NCBI GenBank assembly: GCA_965205485.1 | Contig: OZ242180.1 | Location: forward strand, 923,016-987,015 | DNA from: Candidatus Latescibacterota bacterium | GTDB taxonomy: Bacteria; Latescibacterota; UBA2968; GCA-2709665 | Length of the DNA stretch: 64,000 bases | Direction: 5' to 3' | Part shown: piece after piece, positions 27,922 to 38,800 of the stretch | How positions within the stretch are numbered: position 1 is the stretch's first letter | Layout: the number at the start of each line of letters is the position of its first letter | Notes under the pieces: model-generated | Database searches by the model: none | What the model saw: only the letters and a program-made list of their open reading frames with translations | What the model was told of the DNA's origin: nothing | Translations under genes and position numbers: made by a program

Positions 27922-29892
27922 TCAATACGCATGTACACCGTGCCCCTCACCGCCGAACCAGGTGATGTCCAGCACGAACGAAACCCCGACGTTTAGCGCA
28001 TATCCGACCATCAGTCCCAGGAAAAAGGGAATGGAACGCCGGTAGAGAAAAACGCCGCCCGCCTTCAGCACGATCGCCTTTACCGACCAGGCGAGAAACA
28101 CCGACAGCACCGAATGCACCGTCATTCCCGACCAGGTAACGGCCAGGCCCAGCGGGTGCAGCGGCCACCAGGGTACCCGGTAACGCAGAAACGTCAGCGC
28201 GAGCATAGCGATGCAGCCGGCGCCGAAATACCCGAAAACCTCCGGCTTTACCGGATCCGGGCTGGACATCATGCTCACGAATGAATTAAAGGTTGGAACC
28301 GTCCGCCGGAGCAGGGCGATGCTCCCGAAATTGTACGCGCCGATCGTATAACCCCAGTAGAGCGTCAGGCCGACCGCCGTCGCCACGGCCCCGACCAGGC
28401 CCAGCGCGACGGCAAGGCCCAGCCTCCGCCGGTTTCCCCCGATCAGGTCGCCGATCTTCGCCACGTGCGCCAGAGCGGGCATGAAGAGCCCGCGGCCGTC
28501 GTTGCGCAGGGCGAAGGTAAAGGCGAGCGCCGTCATCGCGCGCCCGGGAATCGCGGCCGGGCCGACGGTGCGCAGGATGGCGGTCTGCGGGAACATGGGC
28601 GAGCTGACGTACAGCAGGCCGGACTGCGCCACCACCCGCGCGATGCCCAGGTAGGTAATGAAAAAGAGAAGCACCAGTACCGTAGAAAGGAGCAGTCCCA
28701 TGCCCGAATTGTAGAACCAGGCGATGATGAAAACCAGACTCAACGCCGCGCCGCTCACGGCCGTCCGGTAGGACAGGATCTCATCGGCATCGTCGCCGGA
28801 CGGACGGAGCGCACCTCTGAGGACCTGTCGCAGGTGTTTCCGGGCGGTCCACAGCCCCCACACCACCAGCGTACACAACGCGCCGATGCTCTGCCACGAC
28901 ACGGCCGCCCCGCCCGAGATCCCGCCAACGCCCAGCCTCCCGAAGGCGAATACCTCCCACATCGCCATGAAGTGGAAGAACCAGATGCTGAAGAGCACGT
29001 CCAGATTGGCCAGATACGCGAAGCCGATCGTATAGAAATTGATGGTCGTGTGGAGCGGCGGGAATCCCTTGAAGAAGGTCGTCCATCGCGACGGGATGCC
29101 GAGCGGAATCTCGGGAAACCCCGGCGCGAAGTGCGACATCATGTTCCAGGTCATCACCAGGGTGGCGGCCCCGAATCCGAACTTGAACGCGCGGGTGCGC
29201 ATGAAACCCGGAAACAGGACTCCGTCCCGCACATCTCCGGCCATGTCCGCGGCCACCTGCGCGAGCGGGTACACCAGGCGTTCGTACTCCACCCACTGCC
29301 GGCGCAGAATCACCATCATACACATCGAAGCAAAGGCGAAAGCGCCCACGAGGGCCATCCACCAGCTCAGCGGTCCGGCCCAGGCGCCCACGGGTATCGG
29401 AGCATCCTTCGAGGGGAGGCCTTCGAACAGCATCCTCATGGTGCCGCCGCGGTTCGAAGGTGCGATCCAGTCCGGCATATGGATATGAAAAAAGGCGCTC
29501 CACTGGTTTTCCGGGGTTGCCAGGTAGTACGGAACCGAGATCGTTCCCAGGAGCGTGGTCATCAGACTGAATCCGGGTATCATCGCACCGGTCAGGCCCA
29601 TCGCGACCACCACCAGAATCTCCGACCGGGACAGCCCCCAGCCGTGCCGCAGCGCCCTGAGCGCGGGATTGACGAACAGCGCCAGGAGCATGAACGGCAC
29701 GAACAGCCCCATCGGAAAGTGCGTCACCTGCAGCCAGGAAGCCCGGATCAGATAGAGCGAGTAGAGGATCCAGAAGTTGACGAAGACCACCATCAACAGA
29801 CCGATCCCGACGGACCTCGCCGTGACTCCGCTTCGCATATCCCGAGGGGCTTCTTTCAGTGGCACCGCGGTTTGTATTTGCGATGATTCCAT
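27922..29892 (-). CDS. large polytopic membrane protein of unknown family (M2)
   Basis: 656 aa. Block YYLATPENQWSAFFHIHMPDWIAPSN...FEGLP. C-terminus FGGEGHGVHAY. Paralogue of M1 and M3. Confidence 0.7.
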   Translation of the reverse strand: MESSQIQTAVPLKEAPRDMRSGVTARSVGIGLLMVVFVNFWILYSLYLIRASWLQVTHFPMGLFVPFMLLALFVNPALRALRHGWGLSRSEILVVVAMGLTGAMIPGFSLMTTLLGTISVPYYLATPENQWSAFFHIHMPDWIAPSNRGGTMRMLFEGLPSKDAPIPVGAWAGPLSWWMALVGAFAFASMCMMVILRRQWVEYERLVYPLAQVAADMAGDVRDGVLFPGFMRTRAFKFGFGAATLVMTWNMMSHFAPGFPEIPLGIPSRWTTFFKGFPPLHTTINFYTIGFAYLANLDVLFSIWFFHFMAMWEVFAFGRLGVGGISGGAAVSWQSIGALCTLVVWGLWTARKHLRQVLRGALRPSGDDADEILSYRTAVSGAALSLVFIIAWFYNSGMGLLLSTVLVLLFFITYLGIARVVAQSGLLYVSSPMFPQTAILRTVGPAAIPGRAMTALAFTFALRNDGRGLFMPALAHVAKIGDLIGGNRRRLGLAVALGLVGAVATAVGLTLYWGYTIGAYNFGSIALLRRTVPTFNSFVSMMSSPDPVKPEVFGYFGAGCIAMLALTFLRYRVPWWPLHPLGLAVTWSGMTVHSVLSVFLAWSVKAIVLKAGGVFLYRRSIPFFLGLMVGYALNVGVSFVLDITWFGGEGHGVHAY

Positions 29893-30011
29893 GAATATCG
29901 TACCGAGCCTATCTCAGTCGGAAGATTCCGCAGTGGGTGTCACTGCGTTCCGCACGCGGGGCGGCGGAACATCGGCAGGATCTGCCAGGGGAACTTGGCG
30001 AACGTTGCCAA

Positions 30012-31997
30012 CTACCACCAGTGCACCTGGTGTCCCTGCCCGGGAAACCAGATGGCATCGACGGTAAAGGCCAACACAACGCCCGCCGTGTATCCCACCA
30101 GCAGACCCAGGAACAAGGGCTTGGACCGGCGGTAGAGGGCGACACCGCCTACACGCATGACAACCGCTTTGGCAGCCCACGCCATGAATACCGGCATCGC
30201 CAGGCTGTATACGTTGTCCGCGGCGGCCACGGCCAGCCCGATGGGGTGGATCGGCCACCAGGAAAAGCGATACCGCAGGAACGTGAGTACCGCCATCAGA
30301 CCCGCGCCGATCCCGAAGAACAACACCCGGCTCAACTCGGGCGCACCCGGCGTACGCATCTGTCCCAGGGTGGTGGAGAAGACCGCCTTGGGATTCCCGT
30401 TGAAGAACAGCCGGGAGAAGTTGTAGGCGCCGTGCGTATGGCCCAGATGAAGCGTAAACCAGATTGATGAGACGAGCCCCGCGAAGACGCCCACCGTGAC
30501 GCACAACAGCAGGAGGCGCCGGTTTCCGCGGATCCGGTCCGCCAGGCGCACGGCCTGCGCCAGCCCGGGCGTGAAGAGTCCCCGCATATAGTCGATCAGC
30601 GCGTAGGAAAGCGCGATGGACGTCAGACACGCGCCGGAGAGTCCGTAGGTGCCCCGCAGGTCCATCACGAAGGCCTGCGGCGTCACCGTACCCTGCGCGT
30701 ACGCCACACCGGCCTCGGACACGACCCGGGCCAGTCCGATATAGATGATGCCCAGCGCGAACAGGAACATCGCCGCCGAAATCGCGTCCATGCCGGATCG
30801 ATGGAGCCAGAACAGCGTGAAAATTACGCTCAGCAGCAGGCCCAGGACCGATGCCCGGTACGACAGGACCTCCCTGCCGTCGTCCAGCGGATGGTCCGGC
30901 CGCAGCGCCTTGAGGAACACTCCCCTCAGGTGGGTTCGGGCGACCCACAGGCGCCACGCGACGAGGCATGCAAGCGCGCCGAAGCACTGCCACGCCTCGG
31001 TGGGCGGATCCGCGCTGAAGGTATCCGTGGACCGTTCGATCTGGTACCCGAGCCGGTTGAAGATGCCCCCCTCAACCACGTGTACCAGGAAGAAGAACCA
31101 GATGCTGAACAGCACCTGCAGGTTGGCGAAATACGCGAACCCGATGGTGTAGAACTGCAGGGGCTGGATATAGACGCCTGGAGAGTAGCGCGTAAAGCGG
31201 AAGTAGCCCGCGTGGGGAAAGAACCGGATGCCGGGCATCCCGTGGAAGAACCAGGATGTGGCGTGCCAGGCGAACAGCGCAAATGCGAATACGGCGCCGA
31301 ACCAGAAGAGCCGGCCCTTCATGAAGTCCGGTAGCGTACTCCGGGACGACGCGCCTTCCGCCATTTCCATCGGCACGGCGGCAAGAGGATAGACCAGCTT
31401 CTCGTTTTCGGCCCACTGTCGTCGCAGAATGACCATCGCGCAGGCCGAACCGACCAGGAGCGCCGCGACCAGGCTGCCCCACCACGCCAGGGGCGCGAGC
31501 CACGCATTCCAGGCATCGACCCCGGCCGCGCCGCCTTCGAAGAACGCCCGAAGCGCATCTCTGTCTGACGGGACCATCCATGCCTGAAGATGCGGGTGGT
31601 AGTATTCCGCCCACCCGTTCTCCGGCGTTGCGAAGTAGATCGGGCTGCCGATCACCCCCACCAGGAACCCGGTGACACCGGACGTCGGCACCACCGAGCC
31701 CACCATCCCGATCGCCGCCACCGTCAACAGCTCGGAAGGCGACAGAACTGCGCGCGGCCTGATCCGCCGGAGCAGCGGGTTCACGCCGCCCACCAGGGCG
31801 ATGAAAATGCTCAGCAGCGTCAGCTGAAAGAAACTCAGGTTGAGCCGGGAGGAGCGTACGACTGTCTCCGCGTAGGTCACCCAGAGGTTGATCGCGACCA
31901 CGGCCAGCACGCCGATGAACACTGCCCGGAGGGTGATCCCTTCTTTTGACCTCGAGTGCTGCTCAACCGAAAGGGATTTCTCTCCGGATCGATCCAT
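30012..31997 (-). CDS. large polytopic membrane protein of unknown family (M3)
   Basis: 661 aa. Block YFATPENGWAEYYHPHLQAWMVPSD. C-terminus FPGQGHQVHWW. Paralogue of M1 and M2. Confidence 0.7.
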   Translation of the reverse strand: MDRSGEKSLSVEQHSRSKEGITLRAVFIGVLAVVAINLWVTYAETVVRSSRLNLSFFQLTLLSIFIALVGGVNPLLRRIRPRAVLSPSELLTVAAIGMVGSVVPTSGVTGFLVGVIGSPIYFATPENGWAEYYHPHLQAWMVPSDRDALRAFFEGGAAGVDAWNAWLAPLAWWGSLVAALLVGSACAMVILRRQWAENEKLVYPLAAVPMEMAEGASSRSTLPDFMKGRLFWFGAVFAFALFAWHATSWFFHGMPGIRFFPHAGYFRFTRYSPGVYIQPLQFYTIGFAYFANLQVLFSIWFFFLVHVVEGGIFNRLGYQIERSTDTFSADPPTEAWQCFGALACLVAWRLWVARTHLRGVFLKALRPDHPLDDGREVLSYRASVLGLLLSVIFTLFWLHRSGMDAISAAMFLFALGIIYIGLARVVSEAGVAYAQGTVTPQAFVMDLRGTYGLSGACLTSIALSYALIDYMRGLFTPGLAQAVRLADRIRGNRRLLLLCVTVGVFAGLVSSIWFTLHLGHTHGAYNFSRLFFNGNPKAVFSTTLGQMRTPGAPELSRVLFFGIGAGLMAVLTFLRYRFSWWPIHPIGLAVAAADNVYSLAMPVFMAWAAKAVVMRVGGVALYRRSKPLFLGLLVGYTAGVVLAFTVDAIWFPGQGHQVHWW

Positions 31998-32029
31998 ATC
32001 CGCCTTTTTCCGTGTCTCTCAGCAGAACC

Positions 32030-34384
32030 TCATCCTTCAGCTGGTAGAATCGCGAACTCGTCGAACCAGAAGTGCTGTCCTTCTCTTGCGTTCCCGTGCG
32101 TATAGAATCGGAAGCGCCGCAAATGACGGACTTCCTCGATGTGTTCGCGAATCGTCCGCGCATCCAGTTCCGCAATGTGCCATCGGCCGTCATCCAGCAA
32201 AGCGCATGAATCCGTATAGGGGTATGGACCGCAATCGCGGGACGACGTCCCCCCGACAATTACAACCCCCTCCCCATATGCTTCGGCGGGAAATGCCTGG
32301 AGCCACAGACCCACCGGGATCCCCTCGGGTATCCGATAGGCAAACCGCACTATCGGATAGGCGTCGATATCCCATTCCCCGGGAGCGAGACTGCAGCCCA
32401 GGTCGGACCCGTCGGTCTCAGCAAAGAGCCGAACGCACCTGCTTCCCCCGAAACCACCGGTAACGAATTCATGACCTGTCAGCCGGTTTCCGCGATAGAT
32501 CTTGAACAGGTACCCCCAATCCAGCGTTGTCTCTTCTTCGAAATCGACCACGAGCATCGGCGCGGCAGGATCGACAGGCTGTTCCACCTTAACAAACGCC
32601 ACGTCGACGTCCTCGTCGCCGTCCGCGTACCTCACGCGGACCCGAGACGGATAGTGGCCGGGATCCGAATACACGTGTACGGCTTCGCGCGCCTCCATCG
32701 AGTCGCCGTCGCCGAAGTCCCACCGGACAGAAACGATGTCATTTCCCGCCGGCACGACTTGAAACCTGACTTCATCTCCGGGTTCCGCCCTGACCGGCTC
32801 GGCCTTCGCGATCAGGCTCCCTTGACTCCCCGGTCCACGCTGGTATGCGCCGATATCCGGCGCCGCGCCAGACCAGGGCAGGCTTACCGGATCGCCAGCC
32901 TCCCATTCCATCTCCCGGTCCAGAAGGAGCAGGTCCGGCTGATAGTAGTTGAGTACGACTTTCTCGATGTGGGCGGTCCGATCGCTTTGCCCTATGGCTA
33001 CCCGGTCTCCCTTCTCGCCTTCGATGCCGAACCCGTCGTAGAAGTATCTGCCGTCGTCAACGGGGACCTCCCGGCCATGCCCGGCGCGTCTCGTGAGCGT
33101 CAGCGCCCGTCCCGCGTCGATACACGGACTGTCCGGTCGCAGGCGAAAATCGCGGTTTGACGCGTCCACGAAGCCGGGGTCCACGTCGAGGTTATCCTCG
33201 AATTCCCGCCAGTGTCCCCGGACCACCGAGTTCCGATTGGCTTCGTCCACCGTCAGGAAACGGTCTCCGTACCGCACCACGCGCTGCCCGGCATCCGTGC
33301 CCCGGAACACGTTGCTCAGAAACAGGTTGTCGCCTGCTATTTCCGCCCCCCTCACAATCTGGACGCTGCCGCCGTACTTGTCATTCCAGGAGAAGATATT
33401 GTTGACGAAAACGTTCGAGCTTACGTTGATCCCGGTCAGTTCCCACCCGTACCCGAGGTTGTCCGCGATCGTATTGTGGTACACCCTGGAATTGACGAAG
33501 CGGAACGGATCACGCACGTGGTAGTTGACCGGCACGTAACTCAATGAGTTGAGCGGCGTATGCCGGTTTCCGTAGACCCGGTTGAAGCGGATGATACCGT
33601 CAATCAACAGATTCTTCGCCCGGCTGTCGGCCGAATGCGCGCTGTCGAGCGCCTCGGTAACGATGTTCCCCTCGACAAGGGCCCTTCCGGAAGCCCAGAA
33701 TTCATAGTTGCGCCCCCACGGGTTGTGAAAGCAGTTCGACCGTACCACCAGATTGTTCGTCATGGAAATCTGCAGCGGACAATGCCCGACCCGCGCGAAC
33801 GCGTTTCCCTCGATCAGCACGTACGTGCACTCGACCACCTGGCACATATTGCCGCCGACGCGATCCTTCCGGAAACCGTTGTCGACGAGCCGGACATGCT
33901 CGCATCCGGTGAGCACCAGCGGTGTCGAATGCCCGGCTTTCTCCATATAACAACCCGATACGGAAAGGCGGTGGCATTCATCGGCGCGCATCCACGGCCC
34001 GTCGCCGGGCGCAATCCGGAAGTCTTCGATTCTGATGTTCCGCTTATGCTGCAGATCCACGGCCGGCTGTTTCCCGCCCGCGCCCGAAAGCACCGCCGCG
34101 TGCCTCGCCTCCGACCGGAATCGGATGGGCGCATCCGGTGTTCCCGAGGATTCCGGCGCGATCGTACCGTGGTAGGTCCCCGGAAGAAAGACCACGGTGT
34201 CCCCCGCCTCCGCGCCGGCATTCGCGCGATCGATGCTTCTCCAGGGAGACTCGCGTCCGCCCGGGCCCGAGTCGTCGCCATCCGGCGAGAGGTAGAACAC
34301 CGCGCCCAGGCAGGGTACGGCGAGGGTCGCCAATAAGACGAACAGATCCATGGACACGAGGGCTGTTTCGGACGCAAGCAGCAT
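32030..34384 (-). CDS. secreted right-handed beta-helix (pectate-lyase-like) protein with a PKD domain
   Basis: N/G/S-rich repeats typical of a parallel beta-helix. PKD motif VSVRWDFGDGDSMEAREAVHVYSDPGHY. I prefer the start at the internal Met after a GGAGAAGG Shine-Dalgarno; the full ORF runs to 34438. Confidence 0.6.
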   Translation of the reverse strand: MLLASETALVSMDLFVLLATLAVPCLGAVFYLSPDGDDSGPGGRESPWRSIDRANAGAEAGDTVVFLPGTYHGTIAPESSGTPDAPIRFRSEARHAAVLSGAGGKQPAVDLQHKRNIRIEDFRIAPGDGPWMRADECHRLSVSGCYMEKAGHSTPLVLTGCEHVRLVDNGFRKDRVGGNMCQVVECTYVLIEGNAFARVGHCPLQISMTNNLVVRSNCFHNPWGRNYEFWASGRALVEGNIVTEALDSAHSADSRAKNLLIDGIIRFNRVYGNRHTPLNSLSYVPVNYHVRDPFRFVNSRVYHNTIADNLGYGWELTGINVSSNVFVNNIFSWNDKYGGSVQIVRGAEIAGDNLFLSNVFRGTDAGQRVVRYGDRFLTVDEANRNSVVRGHWREFEDNLDVDPGFVDASNRDFRLRPDSPCIDAGRALTLTRRAGHGREVPVDDGRYFYDGFGIEGEKGDRVAIGQSDRTAHIEKVVLNYYQPDLLLLDREMEWEAGDPVSLPWSGAAPDIGAYQRGPGSQGSLIAKAEPVRAEPGDEVRFQVVPAGNDIVSVRWDFGDGDSMEAREAVHVYSDPGHYPSRVRVRYADGDEDVDVAFVKVEQPVDPAAPMLVVDFEEETTLDWGYLFKIYRGNRLTGHEFVTGGFGGSRCVRLFAETDGSDLGCSLAPGEWDIDAYPIVRFAYRIPEGIPVGLWLQAFPAEAYGEGVVIVGGTSSRDCGPYPYTDSCALLDDGRWHIAELDARTIREHIEEVRHLRRFRFYTHGNAREGQHFWFDEFAILPAEG

Positions 34385-34415
34385 TTCCTTCTCCAAATGA
34401 TGTCCGCGGCGCGAC

Positions 34416-35300
34416 TCAGGCGGAATTTCCGGACGCACGCGCCTGGCATGCTTCCTCGTCTTCGATCAGCGGCACGAGGCTCGGCCGTCTGCTGGCGAAG
34501 GGCGGGTTCATCAATGCGCGCTGCAGCGGCGTCAGTTCATCCTTGAAGGACTCGTATCCGTCAGGGTGGATAGCCGGCCCTGACCCGAACACCATATCAC
34601 CCGCGCCGTATCGATAAAGCAGCGTTCGGCGCTCGTGCGACGCCGTCCAGGGAAACGTGCCGTGGGTGAGCGCTTCGGTGAAGATCAGCGCCGAGCCCGC
34701 CTTCATCGGAAGGTGTTTGAACCACTCCGGGTGCGTATCCAGGCGGCGCACGTTCCCCGGTAAGGGATAGTTCGCCCTGTGGCTGCCCGGAATGCACGCG
34801 AATCCGCCGTCCCCCGGGTTTATGTCCGTAAGCTGGTAACAGACCGCCATCAGCCCGTTCCACATCCGTCCGTCCTGGAATTCGTAATAATAAGGGCCCC
34901 TCGGCGTACCTCCCCCGTGAAACAGGAACCCCTCGGCGCCGGCCGTCATGCTGATTCCGTTCGCGTTTCCATAGCGAAACCCGTCGCCGATCAGTTCCAG
35001 CATGTAGCGCATGGTCCGAGGCTGGGTCAGCAGGTCCCGGAACGGCTGGCACCAGGGTTTGGGCCAGTTCAGGATATTCATGATATCCCCGCGGCCGTGG
35101 GAACCCTTCAACAGGGGCGCGGCCTTGCCCCCATGCTGTTTGGCGGCGCCGGACAACCGCAGCTCGCCCTCCCGGATGTGGACCTGGTCCGGGTTGTTGT
35201 CGATCGCCTCGTTCAGCGCCGCCACTTCGTCGGTTGTCAGGATATCCTTGACAACAATATAGCCGTTCACGTCGAAATGATATCGCTCATAGTTGTCCAT
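34416..35300 (-). CDS. phytanoyl-CoA dioxygenase (PhyH)-like Fe(II)/2-oxoglutarate oxygenase
   Basis: 294 aa. Putative iron-binding histidines in GFACIPGSHRANYPL and in TEALTHGTFPW. The assignment rests on overall pattern and is moderately certain. Confidence 0.55.
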   Translation of the reverse strand: MDNYERYHFDVNGYIVVKDILTTDEVAALNEAIDNNPDQVHIREGELRLSGAAKQHGGKAAPLLKGSHGRGDIMNILNWPKPWCQPFRDLLTQPRTMRYMLELIGDGFRYGNANGISMTAGAEGFLFHGGGTPRGPYYYEFQDGRMWNGLMAVCYQLTDINPGDGGFACIPGSHRANYPLPGNVRRLDTHPEWFKHLPMKAGSALIFTEALTHGTFPWTASHERRTLLYRYGAGDMVFGSGPAIHPDGYESFKDELTPLQRALMNPPFASRRPSLVPLIEDEEACQARASGNSA

Positions 35301-35400
35301 CGGCCCCTCCGTGTTTTTGCGGATGCTGTTTTCGTGTTCGTTTGGAATTCACACCTGTCCAGGACCGAAACCGACCTGGGACCGTGTGGCTGGCGTTCCC

Positions 35401-35424
35401 TGGAGCGAGGGCATCCTGCCCTCG
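35401..35424. repeat. REP-like palindromic element GGAGCGAGGGCATCCTGCCCTCGA (copy 1)
   Basis: Perfect inverted repeat GAGGGCA/TGCCCTC. Related copies at 35741-35766, 35794-35814, 51876-51907, 52049-52080 and 52759-52782. Confidence 0.7.
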
Positions 35425-35554
35425 ACGGCCAAATCGCAAAGCTCTGGCGCCGATATTTTCAAGTTGATCTCGGATACAAAGGAAACACTAAGCCCTTGAT
35501 TCAAAATTATCCGAGGATCTGAACGTCGAGTATATGCAGAAGAACAAAGGCAAA

Positions 35555-35595
35555 TTGACGTCAAGGATCCCGGACACTTGACGTCACTGGACGTG
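35555..35595. promoter_or_regulatory. pair of TTGACGTCA(A) palindromes, candidate operator
   Basis: A 10-bp perfect palindrome TTGACGTCAA at 35555-35564 and TTGACGTCA at 35578-35586, upstream of the PhyH-like gene. A similar pair occurs at 48324-48364. Confidence 0.3.
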
Positions 35596-35740
35596 TAGGG
35601 GAGTTTAATCCATGTGAACGACCTCCATGCCGCGTTTTCGCACCGTCACCTTCTGTGCCTTTTGTGCTTTTTGTGGTAAATTGACGGATGTCTTTTTTCG
35701 AATTAAGATAAGCCTTGATTCCGGTATTGATGGGGCACAG

Positions 35741-35814
35741 GAAGTTCGAGGGCAGGATGCCCTCGCACCGAATGTTTGTGGACCATGCCGTGGAAGAGGG
35801 CAAAATGCCTTCGG
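35741..35814. repeat. two tandem REP-like copies in inverted orientation (GAAGTTCGAGGGCAGGATGCCCTCGC and the degenerate GAAGAGGGCAAAATGCCTTCG)
   Basis: Same palindrome core as 35401-35424. Intergenic between the PhyH-like gene and giant paralogue 2. Confidence 0.6.
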
Positions 35815-35844
35815 TCCACAGGGTGTTTGTGTCCGGTATAGCGA

Positions 35845-38800
35845 CTACAGAGCCTTACCCGGTCCTGCGGCGACTCGCCACACTTCGCTGCCGCATGCCA
35901 TCAGGGTTGCCGTACCGGAGGGTTCCGCGATCGCGCATGGTCCCGGCAACCCGCCCAGAGTCCGGACGTTCCCTGTCCCCGCGACCGCGCTGAGCTGTCC
36001 CTGATCGTCGATAACGAGCGTCTCGTTTCCGAACGGCGCCAGGTGACGGATGCCCTGCTCGAAGAGACGATGCCGGAGCGGACTCCCATCCGGATTGTAA
36101 CAAATCAGGAATCCCTGGCTCGTACCCGCGATCACGCGCTGGTCGGACCCAAGGAACCGGATGCCCGTGACGCGTCCGCCCAGCCGTTTCACCCAGCGCC
36201 TCTCCCATTCCCCGCCCGCATCCAGTTCGAAAATGTGCAGGTTTCGGCCGCGGTTTGCGCCGCAGCCGAGGAAATGCCGGCCTGCGGTTTCGTGAAACGC
36301 CAGCGCCGTGAGGATGCTGGTCCATCCCTCCACGTCCAGGTGCGCCTGAAAATTCCCGCGTGGGTCCAGGATGCGGCATTTCGACGTATCGCTGAGCACC
36401 TCGCCCCCGACCACGATCTCCGGCTCGCCGCACCCATTCACGTCGGCCACACGGATACGGCCGGGCACCCCCTCGTTGTAACGCTGGCGCCACCGTTCCC
36501 GGCCCGCCCCGTCGAAACCCCGGATCTGGATGTCACCGCAGCCAACGGCAAAGAAGGCCGCCCCGTCGAACATTCCGCCTTCCACCTGTACGGGGGCCGG
36601 TGTGGGCAGTTCCCACCAGGGCCATGGACAGGGCTCCCGCTCGATGTCCGTCTGCCAGATCCGACGTCCCCGGATATCCAGGCCGGTCAGCCTGCTCGCG
36701 CCGTGACCGACCGCCAGGATTGTGGCCTCGCCCTCCGCCGCGCCGATATCGTACACGGGACCGTCCAGATCCACGGACCAGACCGGCCCCCGTGCCGGAT
36801 CGAGAAGGGTAACCAGGCCGCCCTCTGTTCCCACAACCAGCGATCCATCGCAAAGCGGGCGCATCGCGCGGATTCGATCGCCGGCGTCAAACACGCGGTT
36901 GGCACCCGTTTGCTCCGAACGGCCGTCAACGGTGAATCGCATCTTCGAGGACAGTCGCACAGGCAACACGTCGAGGCGCCGCGACGTTTCGCATTGTATC
37001 AGGCTGATGTCGTCGCCGGACTCGCGAAGGTGGACCGGGGATTCTCCCGGCCCGCACGCCTGCGCGACGTGTGTCAGGCGCACGCCCTCGCCGGGATCCA
37101 GTCGCACGGCGCGGCGCGCCACAAACGTCGATAATACGACATCGTCCGTATGGTAGCGCTCCTTCCACAGTTCCTGATCCCGGGGATCCTTGTAACGCAG
37201 ATGGACGGGCTCTTCGACGACCGCCAGCGAAACGGCCTCACAAGGGTTCTCGATCCGAAACGTCACGTCACCGGCGGACGGGCTCCGCCTCTCGCAACGC
37301 GCCTCGCAGCCGTCCAGGTCCAGCCGGGCGGGGGTTCGGAAGCGGGCCTCGACGGCATAGTCCCCCGCCTGGTTCGCGATGACGGTATCGTTGAATACCA
37401 CGCAGCTTTCCGGAAGCAGGTGGACTTCGCGCACCCAGTCCGCTCCCGCGTAGTCCTTCAACCGGATCCGCAGGTACACCTTTCCGTCTGCATCCGTCTC
37501 GTTCGCCTCCAATATCGCGAATCCCGGTATCTCACCGGACTCCCCGTCCAGGACGACCGTGACGGCCGACATGTGCTCGGGGGCGGAGTGCACGAAACTG
37601 TCCTCCTGCACGATGAGCGAGAGACCCAGCCTGGCGTAGTCCAGAATGCCGCCCGCGTCGTCGTACGAATGGCTTCCTCCGCCCAGGCCGTCGATCAGGA
37701 GAAAATCGTCATCGGGCTCCCATCCCGTACGCACCGAGAGCTTGTCGAAACACCGTTCGATCGGGGCCGATGGGGGCGTGGTCACAACGCCCGGTGCGCC
37801 CTGGGGGTCCCGTTCCCACGCGTGATAGAGGAGCGGGTCCACCGGAACGACGGTCACCCCCACCCGATCGTCCGGCACTTTCGGAGCCGTCCCTGCGTCG
37901 AACGCTCGCGGCAGCGACGTCAGGTTCACCAGGCGGCGTTCCGGCGGCGCGAGGTCGTGGACGAACCGGTACCGCCCGTCGTCGAAATAGGCTGCGGCCG
38001 TCCGCAGGCTGGGTCCGGGAAACTGGCGGTTCAGATCGCTGTCTCCGGCCGAAGGAAGCCATCCCTCGTTGTTCACCACGGCCAACGCGGCGTCCGCCGC
38101 CTGTCTGGCGCCGCCCTGCTCGAAGTACCCGTGCGAGGGGTCGTTGAGCCCGTATTCCACCATCACCGGTTGCGACATCCACCAGCCGTGGCAGAGACCG
38201 TCGCACAACGGCTTCCATGACGGCCCGTACGGCGCGTATGCCCGCCGGGCGACCTCCTCCCACCGCTCCGGACCGGTCAGTTCGGGGAAATGCGTCCGGA
38301 AATAGGCGGCCGCACAGGCCAACGCCAGGGCCGGGATGAGTTCGTGGTTCTGCCTGGGGACGTGCATGCTCACCACCCTGGGACAGCGCCCTACATGATG
38401 CCATCCTTCGGCGCTTTCGGCCCAGCCGTAGATGAACCGGGTGATGGCAAGCCGTTCCTCCTCGCTGAAGAGGTCCATGTGCTCAACCAGCCGCCAGGGC
38501 TGCAGGCGGCTGAGGCTGTAGAGGTGCGCCTGGACGATTTTCTCCGACTTCACGTATCCGCTTTCGACAACCGCTTCCCACGCCCGGCGGTATTCCTCTC
38601 CGAGTTCGGGGTCTCCCGTCAGATAGTAGAGATATCCCTTCAGGTCTCCCTGCATCGTATTCGCGATTTGCCACGCGGCAGGAAGAAGCGGCTCCGCCCG
38701 GACTTGAGCCGCCTCGCGTGACGACAGCGGCAGCCGCGTGACGTCCAGCACCGCAAAATGGGGAATCGGATCGTCCAGGCGCGAACTAAACGCGTCCGTG

